This document shows, piece by piece, positions 8,325-17,695 of a stretch of 64,000 bases of DNA. The first letter of the stretch is position 1. Every line of letters begins with the position of its first letter. Source of the DNA: Hyphomicrobiales bacterium (GTDB lineage: Bacteria > Pseudomonadota > Alphaproteobacteria > Rhizobiales > Devosiaceae); contig SEEL01000014.1 in NCBI GenBank assembly GCA_004144345.1, positions 17,626 to 81,625 of the forward strand, in the 5' to 3' direction. A program made the position numbers and the translations under genes. Under the pieces are notes generated by a model, which did not search any database, was not told the DNA's origin, and saw only the letters and a program-made list of their open reading frames with translations.

Positions 8325-8765
8325 CTATTCGACGCGGAGACGCTCGACGTCGATACCCTTGGCCTCGAGCGGGCCGATCATCTGCCGGCCGAGGAACTCG
8401 TTGATGCCGTAGAGCACCAGCGCCGCCACCACCAGCGCGATACCGAAGCCGCGCGTCCCCTCTTCGGTCGCGACCAGGATCGCGCCGATCAGGCCCACCA
8501 GCACGCCACCGAACAGCAGATAGAGCCGGCGGTCGCGCTGCACCTTGAGATTGTGTGCGCTCGACATCAGCAAATCCCGCAGCTCATTGTCGCTCATCGC
8601 CACCAGCTCCTTGTTGGAGCCCTCGCGTCGGATCGTCTCGATGTAGGCGTCGACCCGGCGGTCGATCATGGCGCCGCGCGCCGCCTGCTGCCGGCCGCGC
8701 GTCATGTAGCTGACCACGCCGCCCACCAGGATCAGAGCCAGAGCAACTTCTATGATGATGAGCAT
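8325..8765 (-). CDS. Hypothetical membrane protein
   Basis: ORF from MLIIIEVALAL; three hydrophobic segments. Confidence 0.7.
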   Translation of the reverse strand: MLIIIEVALALILVGGVVSYMTRGRQQAARGAMIDRRVDAYIETIRREGSNKELVAMSDNELRDLLMSSAHNLKVQRDRRLYLLFGGVLVGLIGAILVATEEGTRGFGIALVVAALVLYGINEFLGRQMIGPLEAKGIDVERLRVE

Positions 8766-8852
8766 CGCGTGCACCCTTTCGTGTCGGCGTTCCCGGTAAA
8801 CCTCGGCTAAAGTGCCCATGGCACCTTACGGATTCAAGACCTTGGGAGACAA

Positions 8853-9068
8853 ATGGAACGCCCGCTGACCATCTGGGCCAAGCTGCTGCTGCGGCTGGGC
8901 GTCGTCCTCCTCGCCATCGGCACGTTGCCGGCCCTCGCCGTGCACTATGTCTTCACCGATGTCGACGCGCTGATCCCGGCCCTGCTGCTGTTCTCGGCCG
9001 CCCCGCTCGGGGCGCTTGTCCTCGCCGGGTCCGCTATTCTTTTCCTGGCAGCGTGGCTTCGCCGCTGA
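8853..9068 (+). CDS. Small membrane protein
   Basis: RBS GGGAG; two hydrophobic segments; 3' end overlaps the convergent DMT gene. Confidence 0.6.
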   Translation: MERPLTIWAKLLLRLGVVLLAIGTLPALAVHYVFTDVDALIPALLLFSAAPLGALVLAGSAILFLAAWLRR

Positions 9069-9960
9069 GCTGCGGCACCTTGCGGAACCGCTCCCGCGCC
9101 ATCACCACAAGGCCGGCGCCCACGATGATCGCCGCGCCCAGCAGCGAGATCCCGTCGATCGTCTCGTGAAAGATCACGATCGAGAACAAGATGCTCCAGG
9201 GCAATGATGTGTAGTTGAATGGCTGCAGCACGCTCGCCGGCGCCTGCGACAGGGCAAAGATCATCATGCCATGCGCCGTTACGCCGGTGACCATGATGTA
9301 GCCGATGAGCAGGAACGACTGCAGGTCCAGCATCTGCCAGTGGAATATCCCGACGCCCGTACTGAGCAGCAGGCCGACCACGCCCGTATAGGCCATGCTC
9401 GTCGTCGGCGAGTCATCCGCCGAAACCTTGCGCGTCAGCACTAGATAGAGCGCATAGGTCGCGCCCGAACCAATGGCGAGCCACACGCCCCAGTCGAGCG
9501 GCACGCCGCCCGGGCGCACGATCACCAGGGCGCCAAGAAAGCCGACGATGACCGCGCTGATGCGGAACACACCCACCTTCTCGCCAAGGAACGGGATCGC
9601 GAACACCGTCACCAGCAGCGGATAGACCAGCACGATCGATTGCGCTGCCGCCAGCGGCACCGTCGCCAGTGCCATGATGAACAGCCAGATATCGACGACC
9701 AGCAGCAACCCGCGCGCTACCTGCAGTTTCGGGTGCTTCGAGCGGAACGCGGCCCGCAGCCCCATCCGCCGCCAGGCAAACACCAGCGCAAAGGCGGCGA
9801 ACGCCCAGAAGCGCATCATGGTCATCTGGAAGGGCGACACGTCCGACTGGACGAGGAATTTTGACGCCGCGTCCTGCGTCGAAAAGATCAGGACCGCTCC
9901 GAGGGCCAGAGCAATCCCGCGCCCCACATTGTCGCGCCTGGGGCCTGTCATATCTGTCAT
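9034..9960 (-). CDS. DMT/EamA family transporter
   Basis: About 10 TM helices; PLLVTVFAIPFLGEKVG, APASVLQPFNYTSLPW. Confidence 0.9.
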   Translation of the reverse strand: MTDMTGPRRDNVGRGIALALGAVLIFSTQDAASKFLVQSDVSPFQMTMMRFWAFAAFALVFAWRRMGLRAAFRSKHPKLQVARGLLLVVDIWLFIMALATVPLAAAQSIVLVYPLLVTVFAIPFLGEKVGVFRISAVIVGFLGALVIVRPGGVPLDWGVWLAIGSGATYALYLVLTRKVSADDSPTTSMAYTGVVGLLLSTGVGIFHWQMLDLQSFLLIGYIMVTGVTAHGMMIFALSQAPASVLQPFNYTSLPWSILFSIVIFHETIDGISLLGAAIIVGAGLVVMARERFRKVPQLSGEATLPGKE

Positions 9961-10016
9961 CGTTCAGTCCAGTTTGCCGGGCCGTCTGCCCTCGGCCCGG
10001 CATATGTGTGTCGGCG

Positions 10017-10298
10017 CTACTTCGCGGTCGCGTTCTTGATGGCGCCGACAATCGCTGTGAGAATGCCGCCGCCCACCACGCCGGTAACGGCCTGGCCGGC
10101 ATAGGCCGCGCCACCACCCGAGATCAGGGGCAGCAGGGCAGGGATGAGCCCGGCAATCCATGTCCCGCCGAAACCACCGATCAGGCCGACAATGGCGTCA
10201 ACGGTGGGGTTGATGCTGACATTTTTTGCCACTCGACCGGTGCCATAACCACCGGCGGCGCCACCTACGAGTTGAAGAATGAGTCCTACGAAGTCCAT
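10017..10298 (-). CDS. Small Gly-rich membrane protein
   Basis: RBS AAGGAG; LVGGAAGG, IVGLIGGFGG, GVVGGGILTAIVG. Confidence 0.75.
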   Translation of the reverse strand: MDFVGLILQLVGGAAGGYGTGRVAKNVSINPTVDAIVGLIGGFGGTWIAGLIPALLPLISGGGAAYAGQAVTGVVGGGILTAIVGAIKNATAK

Positions 10299-10455
10299 GA
10301 GCAAAGCTCCTTCCCAATAGCGGGTGCGTGCCCCCGCTCGCCAACAAAGTCTATGCCGGTCATTTGGCCCCTGAAAGACGCTTCTGGCCCGCTTCCCCCG
10401 CGAACTTGCCCCTGCCCTTTCAGCCGCCGCCGCGAAATCCTATCTTGGACAGCCC

Positions 10456-11232
10456 ATGATCAAACCCTCGAATCAGCCCGTCGCTCTCGTCACCGGCGCC
10501 GCCAACCGGCTTGGCGCTGCCATGGCCCGTGCCCTCTCGGGCGCCGGCTATGCATTGGTCATCCACCATCGCGGCGGGGAGGATGACGCCAAAGCTCTGG
10601 CCGTGGAGATCAGGGCAACCGGCGGGCAGGCCGCCACGCTCAAGGCCGATCTTGCCAACCGCCGCCAGCGTGCCGCCCTCATCGAGAAGGCCATGAAGCC
10701 CTTCGGCGCGCTGACCCTCCTCGTCAACAACGCCTCGTCCTTCGAGCCGGATTCGGTCATGGATCTCGAGGAGGCGCTGTGGGACCGCCATTTCGCTATC
10801 CATCTCGAAGCGCCGGCCTTCCTCGCCCGCGATTTTGCCGCCCAACTGCCCGACGGCACGCAGGGGAACATCGTCAACATTATCGACGAGCGTATCCTGC
10901 ATCTGACCCCAAACTACTTCAGCTACACGCTGAGCAAGGCCGCGCTCTGGACCATGACCCAGACCATGGCGCAGTCACTCGCCCCACGCATCCGCGTCAA
11001 CGCCATCGGCCCCGGCCCGACCCTTCGGGACAAGGGACAATCCGAAGCAGCGTTTCAACGCAACCAGGCTGCCACGCCGCTGGGTTATGCCGCCAATGCG
11101 GGCGATATCTGCGAGGCCCTGCTCTACCTGCTCAACGCCCGCGCCGTGACGGGCACCATGATCCCGGTCGACGGTGGCCGCCATCTCGATTTCCCCGCCA
11201 CGCGCGGGCCCAGTCCGAGGCGCGCCGAATGA
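10456..11232 (+). CDS. SDR family oxidoreductase (pteridine reductase-like)
   Basis: [27 protein letters not shown]; stop overlaps the uvrC start (ATGA). Confidence 0.9.
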   Translation: MIKPSNQPVALVTGAANRLGAAMARALSGAGYALVIHHRGGEDDAKALAVEIRATGGQAATLKADLANRRQRAALIEKAMKPFGALTLLVNNASSFEPDSVMDLEEALWDRHFAIHLEAPAFLARDFAAQLPDGTQGNIVNIIDERILHLTPNYFSYTLSKAALWTMTQTMAQSLAPRIRVNAIGPGPTLRDKGQSEAAFQRNQAATPLGYAANAGDICEALLYLLNARAVTGTMIPVDGGRHLDFPATRGPSPRRAE

Positions 11233-13109
11233 ACGACGTGCCCTACGAAGTCGGTGCGGAGATCATCCGCGCCTTCGTCAAGACGCTGCCCTCCGCCCCC
11301 GGCGTCTACCGCATGATCGATGAGGCCGGCGAGGTCATGTATGTGGGCAAGGCGCGCAGCCTCAAGGCGCGCGTCACCAACTACACCCGCCCCGAAGCCC
11401 TAGAAGTCCGGCTCCAGCGCATGATCGCGGCAACGCGCACCATGGAGTTCGTACGCACCGAGACCGAAGCCGAAGCCCTTCTCCTCGAAGCCAATCTCAT
11501 CAAGCGCCTGAAGCCGCGCTTCAACGTGCTGCTGCGTGACGACAAGAGCTTCCCCTACATCCTCATCGCCACCGAGCACGAAGCGCCCGAGCTCACCAAG
11601 CATCGCGGCACCAAGCGCCGGAAGGGCCATTATTTCGGCCCCTTCGCCTCGGCCATCGCGGTCAAGCGGACCATCACCTCACTGCAGAAGGCGTTCCTGC
11701 TGCGCACCTGCACCGACAGCTTCTACAAGGCTCGCACCCGCCCCTGCATGCTGCACCAGATCAAGCGCTGCTCTGGCCCCTGCACCGGCGAGATCTCGAT
11801 CGACGCCTATGGCGAACTTGTCGAGGAAGCTCGCCAGTTCCTCTCCGGCCGCTCCAAATCCGTGCAGGACCATCTCCAGTCCGACATGAACCAGGCCGCC
11901 GAGTCTCTCGACTTCGAACGCGCCGCCCTGCTGCGCGATCGTCTCTCCGCCCTCGCGCTGGTGCAGAGCCAGAGCGATGTCGCCGCCCGCAACGTCGAAG
12001 AGGCCGACGTCTTCGCCATCGCCCACGAAGCCGGCCAGTTCTGCGTCCAGGTGTTCTTTTTCCGCGCCCACCAGAACTGGGGCAATCACGCCTTCCGTCC
12101 CAAGGCGGATGCCACGCTCAGCGATACCGAAGTGCTCGAAGCCTTCATCGGCCAGTTCTACGAGGACCGTACGCCGCCCAAGCTGATCCTCCTGAGCCAC
12201 GAGCCCAGCGAGAACGCATTGCTCGAGGAAGCGCTGACCTCGCGGCTCGGCTCGCGCGTCTATATCGAAACACCGCGCCGCGGCGAGAAGCGCGACCTCG
12301 TCAACCACGCCCTCAACAATGCTCGCGAAGCCCTCGGCCGCCAGCTCGCCGAAGGCGCCACGCAGCGGCAATTGCTGGAAGGGGTCGCCGAACTCTTCGC
12401 CCTCGACGAAGCGCCGCGTCGCATCGAAGTTTACGACAACTCGCACATCTCCGGCACAAACGCCGTCGGCGCCATGATCGTCTCGGGTGAGGAAGGCTTC
12501 TCCAAGAAGCACTACCGCACCTTCAACATCCGCTCGACCGACATCACCCCGGGCGACGATTTCGGCATGATGCGCGAAGTGCTCACCCGCCGCTTCTCGC
12601 GCCTCGCCAACGAAAGCGAACTCGACGCCGAGGATGAAAACACCGGCATGCCCGATTGGCCCGATGTCGTCTTCATCGATGGCGGTCTCGGCCAGCTCAA
12701 TGCCGTCAAGGAAGTCATCGCCGGCCTCGACCTGCCGCGCGAAGTCACCTTCATCGGCATCGCCAAGGGCGAGGAACGCGACGCCGGGCGCGAGAAATTC
12801 TTCATGGAGGGCCAGGAGCCCTTCATGCTGCCGCATCGCGACCCGGTACTCTATTTCGTGCAGCGCCTGCGCGACGAAGCCCACCGCTTCGCCATCGGCA
12901 CCCATCGCGCCCGCCGCAAGAAGGACATCATCAAGAACCCGCTCGACGAGATCGACGGCATCGGCCCGACGCGCAAGCGCGCGCTGCTGCAGCATTTCGG
13001 CTCCGCCAAGGCCGTCAGCCGCGCTTCCCTCGCCGACCTCGCCGCCATTCCCGGCATTTCCAGCGCCATGGCGCAGTTGGTCTACGACCATTTCAACCGC
13101 ACCGGCTGA
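11229..13109 (+). CDS. uvrC: Excinuclease ABC subunit C
   Basis: GIY-YIG ([24 protein letters not shown]), [26 protein letters not shown]-terminal HhH. Confidence 0.98.
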   Translation: MNDVPYEVGAEIIRAFVKTLPSAPGVYRMIDEAGEVMYVGKARSLKARVTNYTRPEALEVRLQRMIAATRTMEFVRTETEAEALLLEANLIKRLKPRFNVLLRDDKSFPYILIATEHEAPELTKHRGTKRRKGHYFGPFASAIAVKRTITSLQKAFLLRTCTDSFYKARTRPCMLHQIKRCSGPCTGEISIDAYGELVEEARQFLSGRSKSVQDHLQSDMNQAAESLDFERAALLRDRLSALALVQSQSDVAARNVEEADVFAIAHEAGQFCVQVFFFRAHQNWGNHAFRPKADATLSDTEVLEAFIGQFYEDRTPPKLILLSHEPSENALLEEALTSRLGSRVYIETPRRGEKRDLVNHALNNAREALGRQLAEGATQRQLLEGVAELFALDEAPRRIEVYDNSHISGTNAVGAMIVSGEEGFSKKHYRTFNIRSTDITPGDDFGMMREVLTRRFSRLANESELDAEDENTGMPDWPDVVFIDGGLGQLNAVKEVIAGLDLPREVTFIGIAKGEERDAGREKFFMEGQEPFMLPHRDPVLYFVQRLRDEAHRFAIGTHRARRKKDIIKNPLDEIDGIGPTRKRALLQHFGSAKAVSRASLADLAAIPGISSAMAQLVYDHFNRTG

Positions 13110-13165
13110 GTTCAGCGCCTGTTCAGTCCGGCCCTGCTAGCGCACCGGCAAACGGGAGCTCGTCC

Positions 13166-14458
13166 ATGAATCGCATCGCCACCGCCCTTGTCCTGACCCT
13201 GCTCGCGAGCCCGGCCCTCGCCGACGCTGTCACCTACAAGGGCACCATTGGCGATCTGCCCATTGTGCTGGAGCTGTCGGAAGAGCCGCATGCCGGCAAT
13301 GCCGATCTCTTCGGCCGTTACTTCTACGTCAACAAGGGCGTCGATATCCCGTTCCACGCCGCGCCTGCCGCCCGCTCGCGCTTCGGCCTCGCCGAGGAAG
13401 TCGCCTGCTCGGCGGACACCAACAACTGCCCCGGCGCGCAGGACGACCCGCCCGGCCCCGCCCCGCTGGGCGCCAGATGGGCGCTCGAGATCTCCCGCGA
13501 CGGCCAATCGCTCGAAGGCCATTTCGCCATCAACGGCCGCAACCGTCCGGTGAGGCTCGAACGTGTCGGCACCCGCTTGTTCGATCCCGCCGGCGGCACG
13601 ATCGCCCTGCCCGAATTCGCCAACAGCCTATATTGGGACGGCACGCTGACGCCGGAGACGTCGCCCTACGACTATCTCAAGGTCACCGCGGTCAAGCTTG
13701 CCGCCAGCGACCCCGTCGAGATGAACGGCGCGAGCTTCCACTACGTTACCGATCCCAGAACGAAGTTCCGGTATCCGCGTCTGCTCGATATGTCCGGCTA
13801 CGACATCGCGCCCGCCAATGCATGGCTCGAACGGCGCCACTGGATCATGACACTCGATGCCCTCTCATGCATGGCGCAGCAGTATCAGGGCTTCGGCTGG
13901 AACGGTTACAACTACGACGCCGGTACCTTGGGCTGGTACGACGAGGAGCAGGTCACAGTCGACTACGCCTCGTCCACCGTCCTGAGCTGGACCCAGTCGG
14001 GCAGCCTGTCCTGCGGCGGCGCCCATCCCTACAACCACATCGACATCTACAATCTCGATCTGGTGGACGGCGTGCCGCTCGATCTGAGCCGCATCTTCCG
14101 CGGCTGGCGGCCGCTCAACTATGACGGTACGCCCGCCGATCTCGAAACCGCCCGCGCCAACCCGCGCGACTATCAGTGGCTCCCCGACGCCGAGCTCGCG
14201 ACCTTCGTCAAGGAACACCGCCGCACCGACGCGGAGATGGACGTCCCGAGCGGCGAGGATGGCTGCCCCATCGACGAGTTGATCGACACCAACCTCGCCA
14301 TCGGCTTCAAGGACGGTGACCGCGTGGTCTTCACGCTCGGCGGCCTGCCGCATGTCATCTTCGCCTGCACCGCCGTGCTCTACGAAACGCCGATCCTCGA
14401 TATCGCGTGGCTGCTCACCAACGAGGCCGAGAACTACTTCCCCAGCCTCGCCGATTGA
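13166..14458 (+). CDS. Secreted hypothetical protein
   Basis: RBS GGGAG; signal peptide MNRIATALVLTLLASPALA; several Cys; host-like codons. Confidence 0.75.
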   Translation: MNRIATALVLTLLASPALADAVTYKGTIGDLPIVLELSEEPHAGNADLFGRYFYVNKGVDIPFHAAPAARSRFGLAEEVACSADTNNCPGAQDDPPGPAPLGARWALEISRDGQSLEGHFAINGRNRPVRLERVGTRLFDPAGGTIALPEFANSLYWDGTLTPETSPYDYLKVTAVKLAASDPVEMNGASFHYVTDPRTKFRYPRLLDMSGYDIAPANAWLERRHWIMTLDALSCMAQQYQGFGWNGYNYDAGTLGWYDEEQVTVDYASSTVLSWTQSGSLSCGGAHPYNHIDIYNLDLVDGVPLDLSRIFRGWRPLNYDGTPADLETARANPRDYQWLPDAELATFVKEHRRTDAEMDVPSGEDGCPIDELIDTNLAIGFKDGDRVVFTLGGLPHVIFACTAVLYETPILDIAWLLTNEAENYFPSLAD

Positions 14459-14558
14459 GGTCTGCCCGGGCCGCCGCTCTGCAGCCCTGCGGGGCGCCGT
14501 GTTGATCGGCACCATCCATTCGTGTTCATCATAGCGGATTGGTTGGGAGGCTATTTCA

Positions 14559-15017
14559 TTGGCAACGCCGGACGACGCCCATCTGCTGCGCGATCTGACG
14601 CGCAATCTGCTGCTGGCCGGTCGCCAGTGGCGCAAGATCGGCCGCCAGGTCGCGGCGCGGCACGGCGTTTCCGAGGCGGCTTCCGCCCCGCTGCTGTGGA
14701 TCGAGCGGCTCGGCGAGAATGTCCGTCAGAACGCCCTGGCCGATGCCATCGGCATCGAGGGCGCCTCGCTGGTCCGCCTGCTCGACGAGCTTCAGACCCA
14801 TGGTTTCATCACCCGCGTCCCCGACCCCGCCGACCGCCGCGCCAACGCCGTGAACCTCACCGACGCCGGCTGGACCGTGGTGCATGAGGTGAACGATGCC
14901 CTCAACGAACTCCGCCTCGAGGTCTTCGCGGGCGTCAGCCGCAAGGACATCGAGGCGACGCTGAGGGTTTTCGACGCCATCGACGATGCAGCGGGCGCCG
15001 TTGACGAGACCCCGTGA
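14559..15017 (+). CDS. MarR family (SlyA-like) transcriptional regulator
   Basis: LADAIGIEGASLVRLLDEL...GFITRVPDPADRRANAVNLT. Confidence 0.9.
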   Translation: MATPDDAHLLRDLTRNLLLAGRQWRKIGRQVAARHGVSEAASAPLLWIERLGENVRQNALADAIGIEGASLVRLLDELQTHGFITRVPDPADRRANAVNLTDAGWTVVHEVNDALNELRLEVFAGVSRKDIEATLRVFDAIDDAAGAVDETP

Positions 15018-15050
15018 CAAGCGTTTCGCGCTGGTATACAGACTCCGCCC

Positions 15051-15128
15051 ATGAACCTCGTCCGCGCCAGCTTTACGTATTGGTATTTTAGCAACGGAAG
15101 CCGCTGGCAGCCGGAGGGGCGCGTTTGA
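15051..15128 (+). CDS. aroG leader peptide MNLVRASFTYWYFSNGSRWQPEGRV
   Basis: 25-codon ORF with clustered F-T-Y-W-Y-F plus a later W, between a promoter-like sequence and an intrinsic terminator upstream of DAHP synthase. Confidence 0.75.
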   Translation: MNLVRASFTYWYFSNGSRWQPEGRV

Positions 15129-15158
15129 TCTGACACCATCAAACAGACAAGTTTCCCG

Positions 15159-15186
15159 AAGCCGCCAGCGACTGGCGGCTTTTTTT
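15159..15186 (+). terminator. Attenuator terminator upstream of aroG
   Basis: AAGCCGCCAG-CGA-CTGGCGGCTT followed by a T run; its 5' arm (15164-15170) can alternatively pair with 15102-15108. Confidence 0.8.
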
Positions 15187-15222
15187 GTCGCCGGTCCCCT
15201 AAAAATCCAGAGGACCAAGACC

Positions 15223-16293
15223 ATGCTCAAGACCACCGACGACCTGCGCATCAAGGACATCCGCGAGCTCCGAACGCCCGCCGAGGTGATGCACGAATTC
15301 CCGCGCACCGATGCCGCCACCCGCACCGTGCTCGCCTCGCGTCACGCCATCCACAACGTCCTGCATGGCGCCGATGACCGGCTTGTCGTCGTGGTCGGCC
15401 CCTGCTCCATCCACGACCCCGTCGCTGCCATCGACTACGCCAAACGCCTCGCGCCGCTCCGCGAAAAACTCGGCGACCGGCTCGAAATCGTCATGCGCGT
15501 CTATTTCGAAAAGCCCCGCACCACGGTCGGCTGGAAGGGCCTCATCAACGACCCCGATCTCGATGGCAGCTTCAAGATCGACAATGGCCTGCGCGTCGCG
15601 CGCAGCCTGCTGCTCGAGATCGCCAATCTCGGCCTCCCCGCCGGCTGCGAATTCCTCGACATGACGACGCCGCAATATTTCGCCGACCTTGTCGCCTGGG
15701 GCGCCATCGGCGCGCGCACCACCGAGAGCCAGGTGCATCGCGAGCTCGCCTCCGGCCTTTCCTGCCCGGTCGGCTTCAAGAATGGCACCGACGGCAATGT
15801 CCGGATCGCCCTCGACGCGGTGAAATCCGCCAGCCAGCCGCACCATTTCCTCGCCGTCACCAAGGACGGGCGCTCCGCCATCGCCTCCACCTCAGGCAAT
15901 GACGATTGCCACATCATCCTGCGCGGCGGCAAAACCACGAACTACGACGCGCCCAGTGTCGAGGCCGCGGCAGCCGAATCGGCCAAGGCGGGCATCGCGC
16001 CCGCCATCATGATCGATGCGAGCCATGCCAATTCGTCCAAGAAGCCCGAGAACCAGCCGCTCGTCCTCGCCGATGTCGGCGCCCAGATCGCGGCCGGTGA
16101 TCGTCGCATCGTCGGCGTCATGATCGAGAGCAACATCGTCGCCGGACGCCAGGATCTCGAACCCGGCAAGGGACTGGTCTACGGCCAGTCCATCACCGAT
16201 GGCTGCATCGGCTGGGACACGACGGTTGAAACCCTCGAACTGCTCGCCAACGCCGTCGCCGCCCGCCGCGAATCCGCCCAGCAGGTCGCGTAA
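15223..16293 (+). CDS. aroG: 3-deoxy-7-phosphoheptulonate (DAHP) synthase, class I alpha
   Basis: GPCSIHD, RVYFEKPRTTVGWKGLINDP, IGARTTESQVHRELASGLSCPVGFKN, DASHANS, GQSITDGCIGW. Confidence 0.97.
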   Translation: MLKTTDDLRIKDIRELRTPAEVMHEFPRTDAATRTVLASRHAIHNVLHGADDRLVVVVGPCSIHDPVAAIDYAKRLAPLREKLGDRLEIVMRVYFEKPRTTVGWKGLINDPDLDGSFKIDNGLRVARSLLLEIANLGLPAGCEFLDMTTPQYFADLVAWGAIGARTTESQVHRELASGLSCPVGFKNGTDGNVRIALDAVKSASQPHHFLAVTKDGRSAIASTSGNDDCHIILRGGKTTNYDAPSVEAAAAESAKAGIAPAIMIDASHANSSKKPENQPLVLADVGAQIAAGDRRIVGVMIESNIVAGRQDLEPGKGLVYGQSITDGCIGWDTTVETLELLANAVAARRESAQQVA

Positions 16294-16312
16294 CGGCAGC
16301 CAGCCCTCAGGT

Positions 16313-16337
16313 TCCTCCCCCGCGTGGCGGGGGAGGA
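16313..16337. repeat. REP-like palindrome
   Basis: TCCTCCCCCGC-GTG-GCGGGGGAGGA, perfect 11-bp stem. Confidence 0.7.
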
Positions 16338-16382
16338 CGCGAGCCACAGCCACGGAGCCGAACCGCGCGCGCCGCGTTTCAC

Positions 16383-16411
16383 TTGACCCTTGCTCTCCCC
16401 CGGCCCACATT
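16383..16411 (+). promoter_or_regulatory. Putative sigma70 promoter giving a leaderless pgsA transcript
   Basis: TTGACC-N17-CACATT with the ATG A 7 nt downstream; no SD sequence. Confidence 0.45.
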
Positions 16412-16417
16412 CCCACC

Positions 16418-16996
16418 ATGTACATACCCGCCTCGCTCCGCTCGCTGCCCAATCAGCTCACCCTCGCGCGCATCGCCGCCATCCCGGTGATCTGCCTTCT
16501 TCTGGTCGCGCAGGCGGACTGGCTGGGTTGGATCGCCCTCGTCCTCTACGTCGTCGCAGCGGTGACCGACTGGCTCGATGGCTTCCTCGCCCGCCGCATG
16601 AATCTCTACTCCGATCTCGGCAAGATGCTCGATCCGATCGCCGACAAGCTGCTCGTCAGTGCCCTGCTGGTCACTTTCGCGTGGACCCGCGATTTCTCCG
16701 GCTGGGAACTGATCCCGGCCATCGCCATCCTGATGCGCGAGATTTTCGTTTCCGGTTTGCGCGAATTCCTCGGCAACAAATCCGTCTCCGTGCCCGTTAC
16801 CTTCCTAGCCAAATGGAAAACAACGGTACAACTCGTGGCCCTCTTCTTCGTCATCGTCGACGGCCTCTTGCCGAGCTTCGGCTTTATATCCGGCGCCCTG
16901 ATGTGGCTCGCCGCCGCTTTGACCGTCTGGACGGGGTGGCAGTACCTGTCGTCAGCCTGGCTGCATTTCGACAGCCCGCCGACCCCGTCGGAATGA
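16418..16996 (+). CDS. pgsA: CDP-diacylglycerol--glycerol-3-phosphate 3-phosphatidyltransferase
   Basis: LPNQLTLARI, TDWLDGFLARR....SDLGKMLDPIADK, REIFVSGLRE, AKWKTT.Q. Confidence 0.97.
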   Translation: MYIPASLRSLPNQLTLARIAAIPVICLLLVAQADWLGWIALVLYVVAAVTDWLDGFLARRMNLYSDLGKMLDPIADKLLVSALLVTFAWTRDFSGWELIPAIAILMREIFVSGLREFLGNKSVSVPVTFLAKWKTTVQLVALFFVIVDGLLPSFGFISGALMWLAAALTVWTGWQYLSSAWLHFDSPPTPSE

Positions 16997-17244
16997 AGAT
17001 TCTCTATTTCGCCTGGCTGCGCGAACGGCTCGATCGCGGCGAGGAAGAAGTGTCGCCACCCCCGGAGGTCGCCACCATCGCCGATCTCATCGCCTGGCTC
17101 CGGGCCCGGGACGAAGCGGCCGATCTCGCTTTGCAGCGCCCCGAAATCATCCGCGCCGCCATCGATGCCAGGATCGTCGCTCACGATGCCCCCATCGCCG
17201 GTGCCCGGATCATCGCCCTCTTCCCGCCCATGACGGGCGGCTAG
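16993..17244 (+). CDS. moaD: Molybdopterin synthase sulfur carrier subunit
   Basis: MKILYFAWLRE ... ALFPPMTGG. Confidence 0.95.
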   Translation: MKILYFAWLRERLDRGEEEVSPPPEVATIADLIAWLRARDEAADLALQRPEIIRAAIDARIVAHDAPIAGARIIALFPPMTGG

Positions 17245-17245
17245 A

Positions 17246-17692
17246 ATGGGTGTCCGCATCCAGGAAGCCCTGTTCGATCCCGGCGCCGAGCTCAACGCCT
17301 TCGCTGAGCTGACCGATGGCGCTGGCGCCGTCGTCACCTTCACCGGCCTTGTCCGCTCGCTGCCCGACGATCCGATCCAGAGCCTGACGCTCGAATGCTA
17401 CCCCGAGCTCGCCCTCAACCAGATCGGCGCCATCGTCGCCGAGGCCCGTCGCCGCTTCGGCCTGCTCGATGAGACCATCATCCACCGCTATGGCGTGCTG
17501 AAGCCGGGCGAACCCATCGTCCAGGTAATGACCCTCGCCCCGCACCGCGAAGCGGCATTCGAGGGCGCGCAATTCCTGATGGACTACCTCAAGACCGACG
17601 CGCCCTTCTGGAAGAAGGAAGCCACCGCGTCAGGCGAACGCTGGGTCGAACATCGTCACGAGGACGACAAGGCCAAAGCCCGCTGGAGCTAA
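17246..17692 (+). CDS. moaE: Molybdopterin synthase catalytic subunit
   Basis: GAVVTFTGLVR, LECYPELA, HRYGVL, APHREAAFEGAQFLMDYLKTDAPFWKKE. Confidence 0.96.
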   Translation: MGVRIQEALFDPGAELNAFAELTDGAGAVVTFTGLVRSLPDDPIQSLTLECYPELALNQIGAIVAEARRRFGLLDETIIHRYGVLKPGEPIVQVMTLAPHREAAFEGAQFLMDYLKTDAPFWKKEATASGERWVEHRHEDDKAKARWS

Positions 17693-17695
17693 CCG

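Noticed and set aside
10779-11228. N-terminal extensions in the ORF track (uvrC, pgsA, pgeF, ilvE, GH66, permeases and others)
   Set aside because: Extensions overlap upstream genes; starts were reassigned to RBS-supported or coupled start codons
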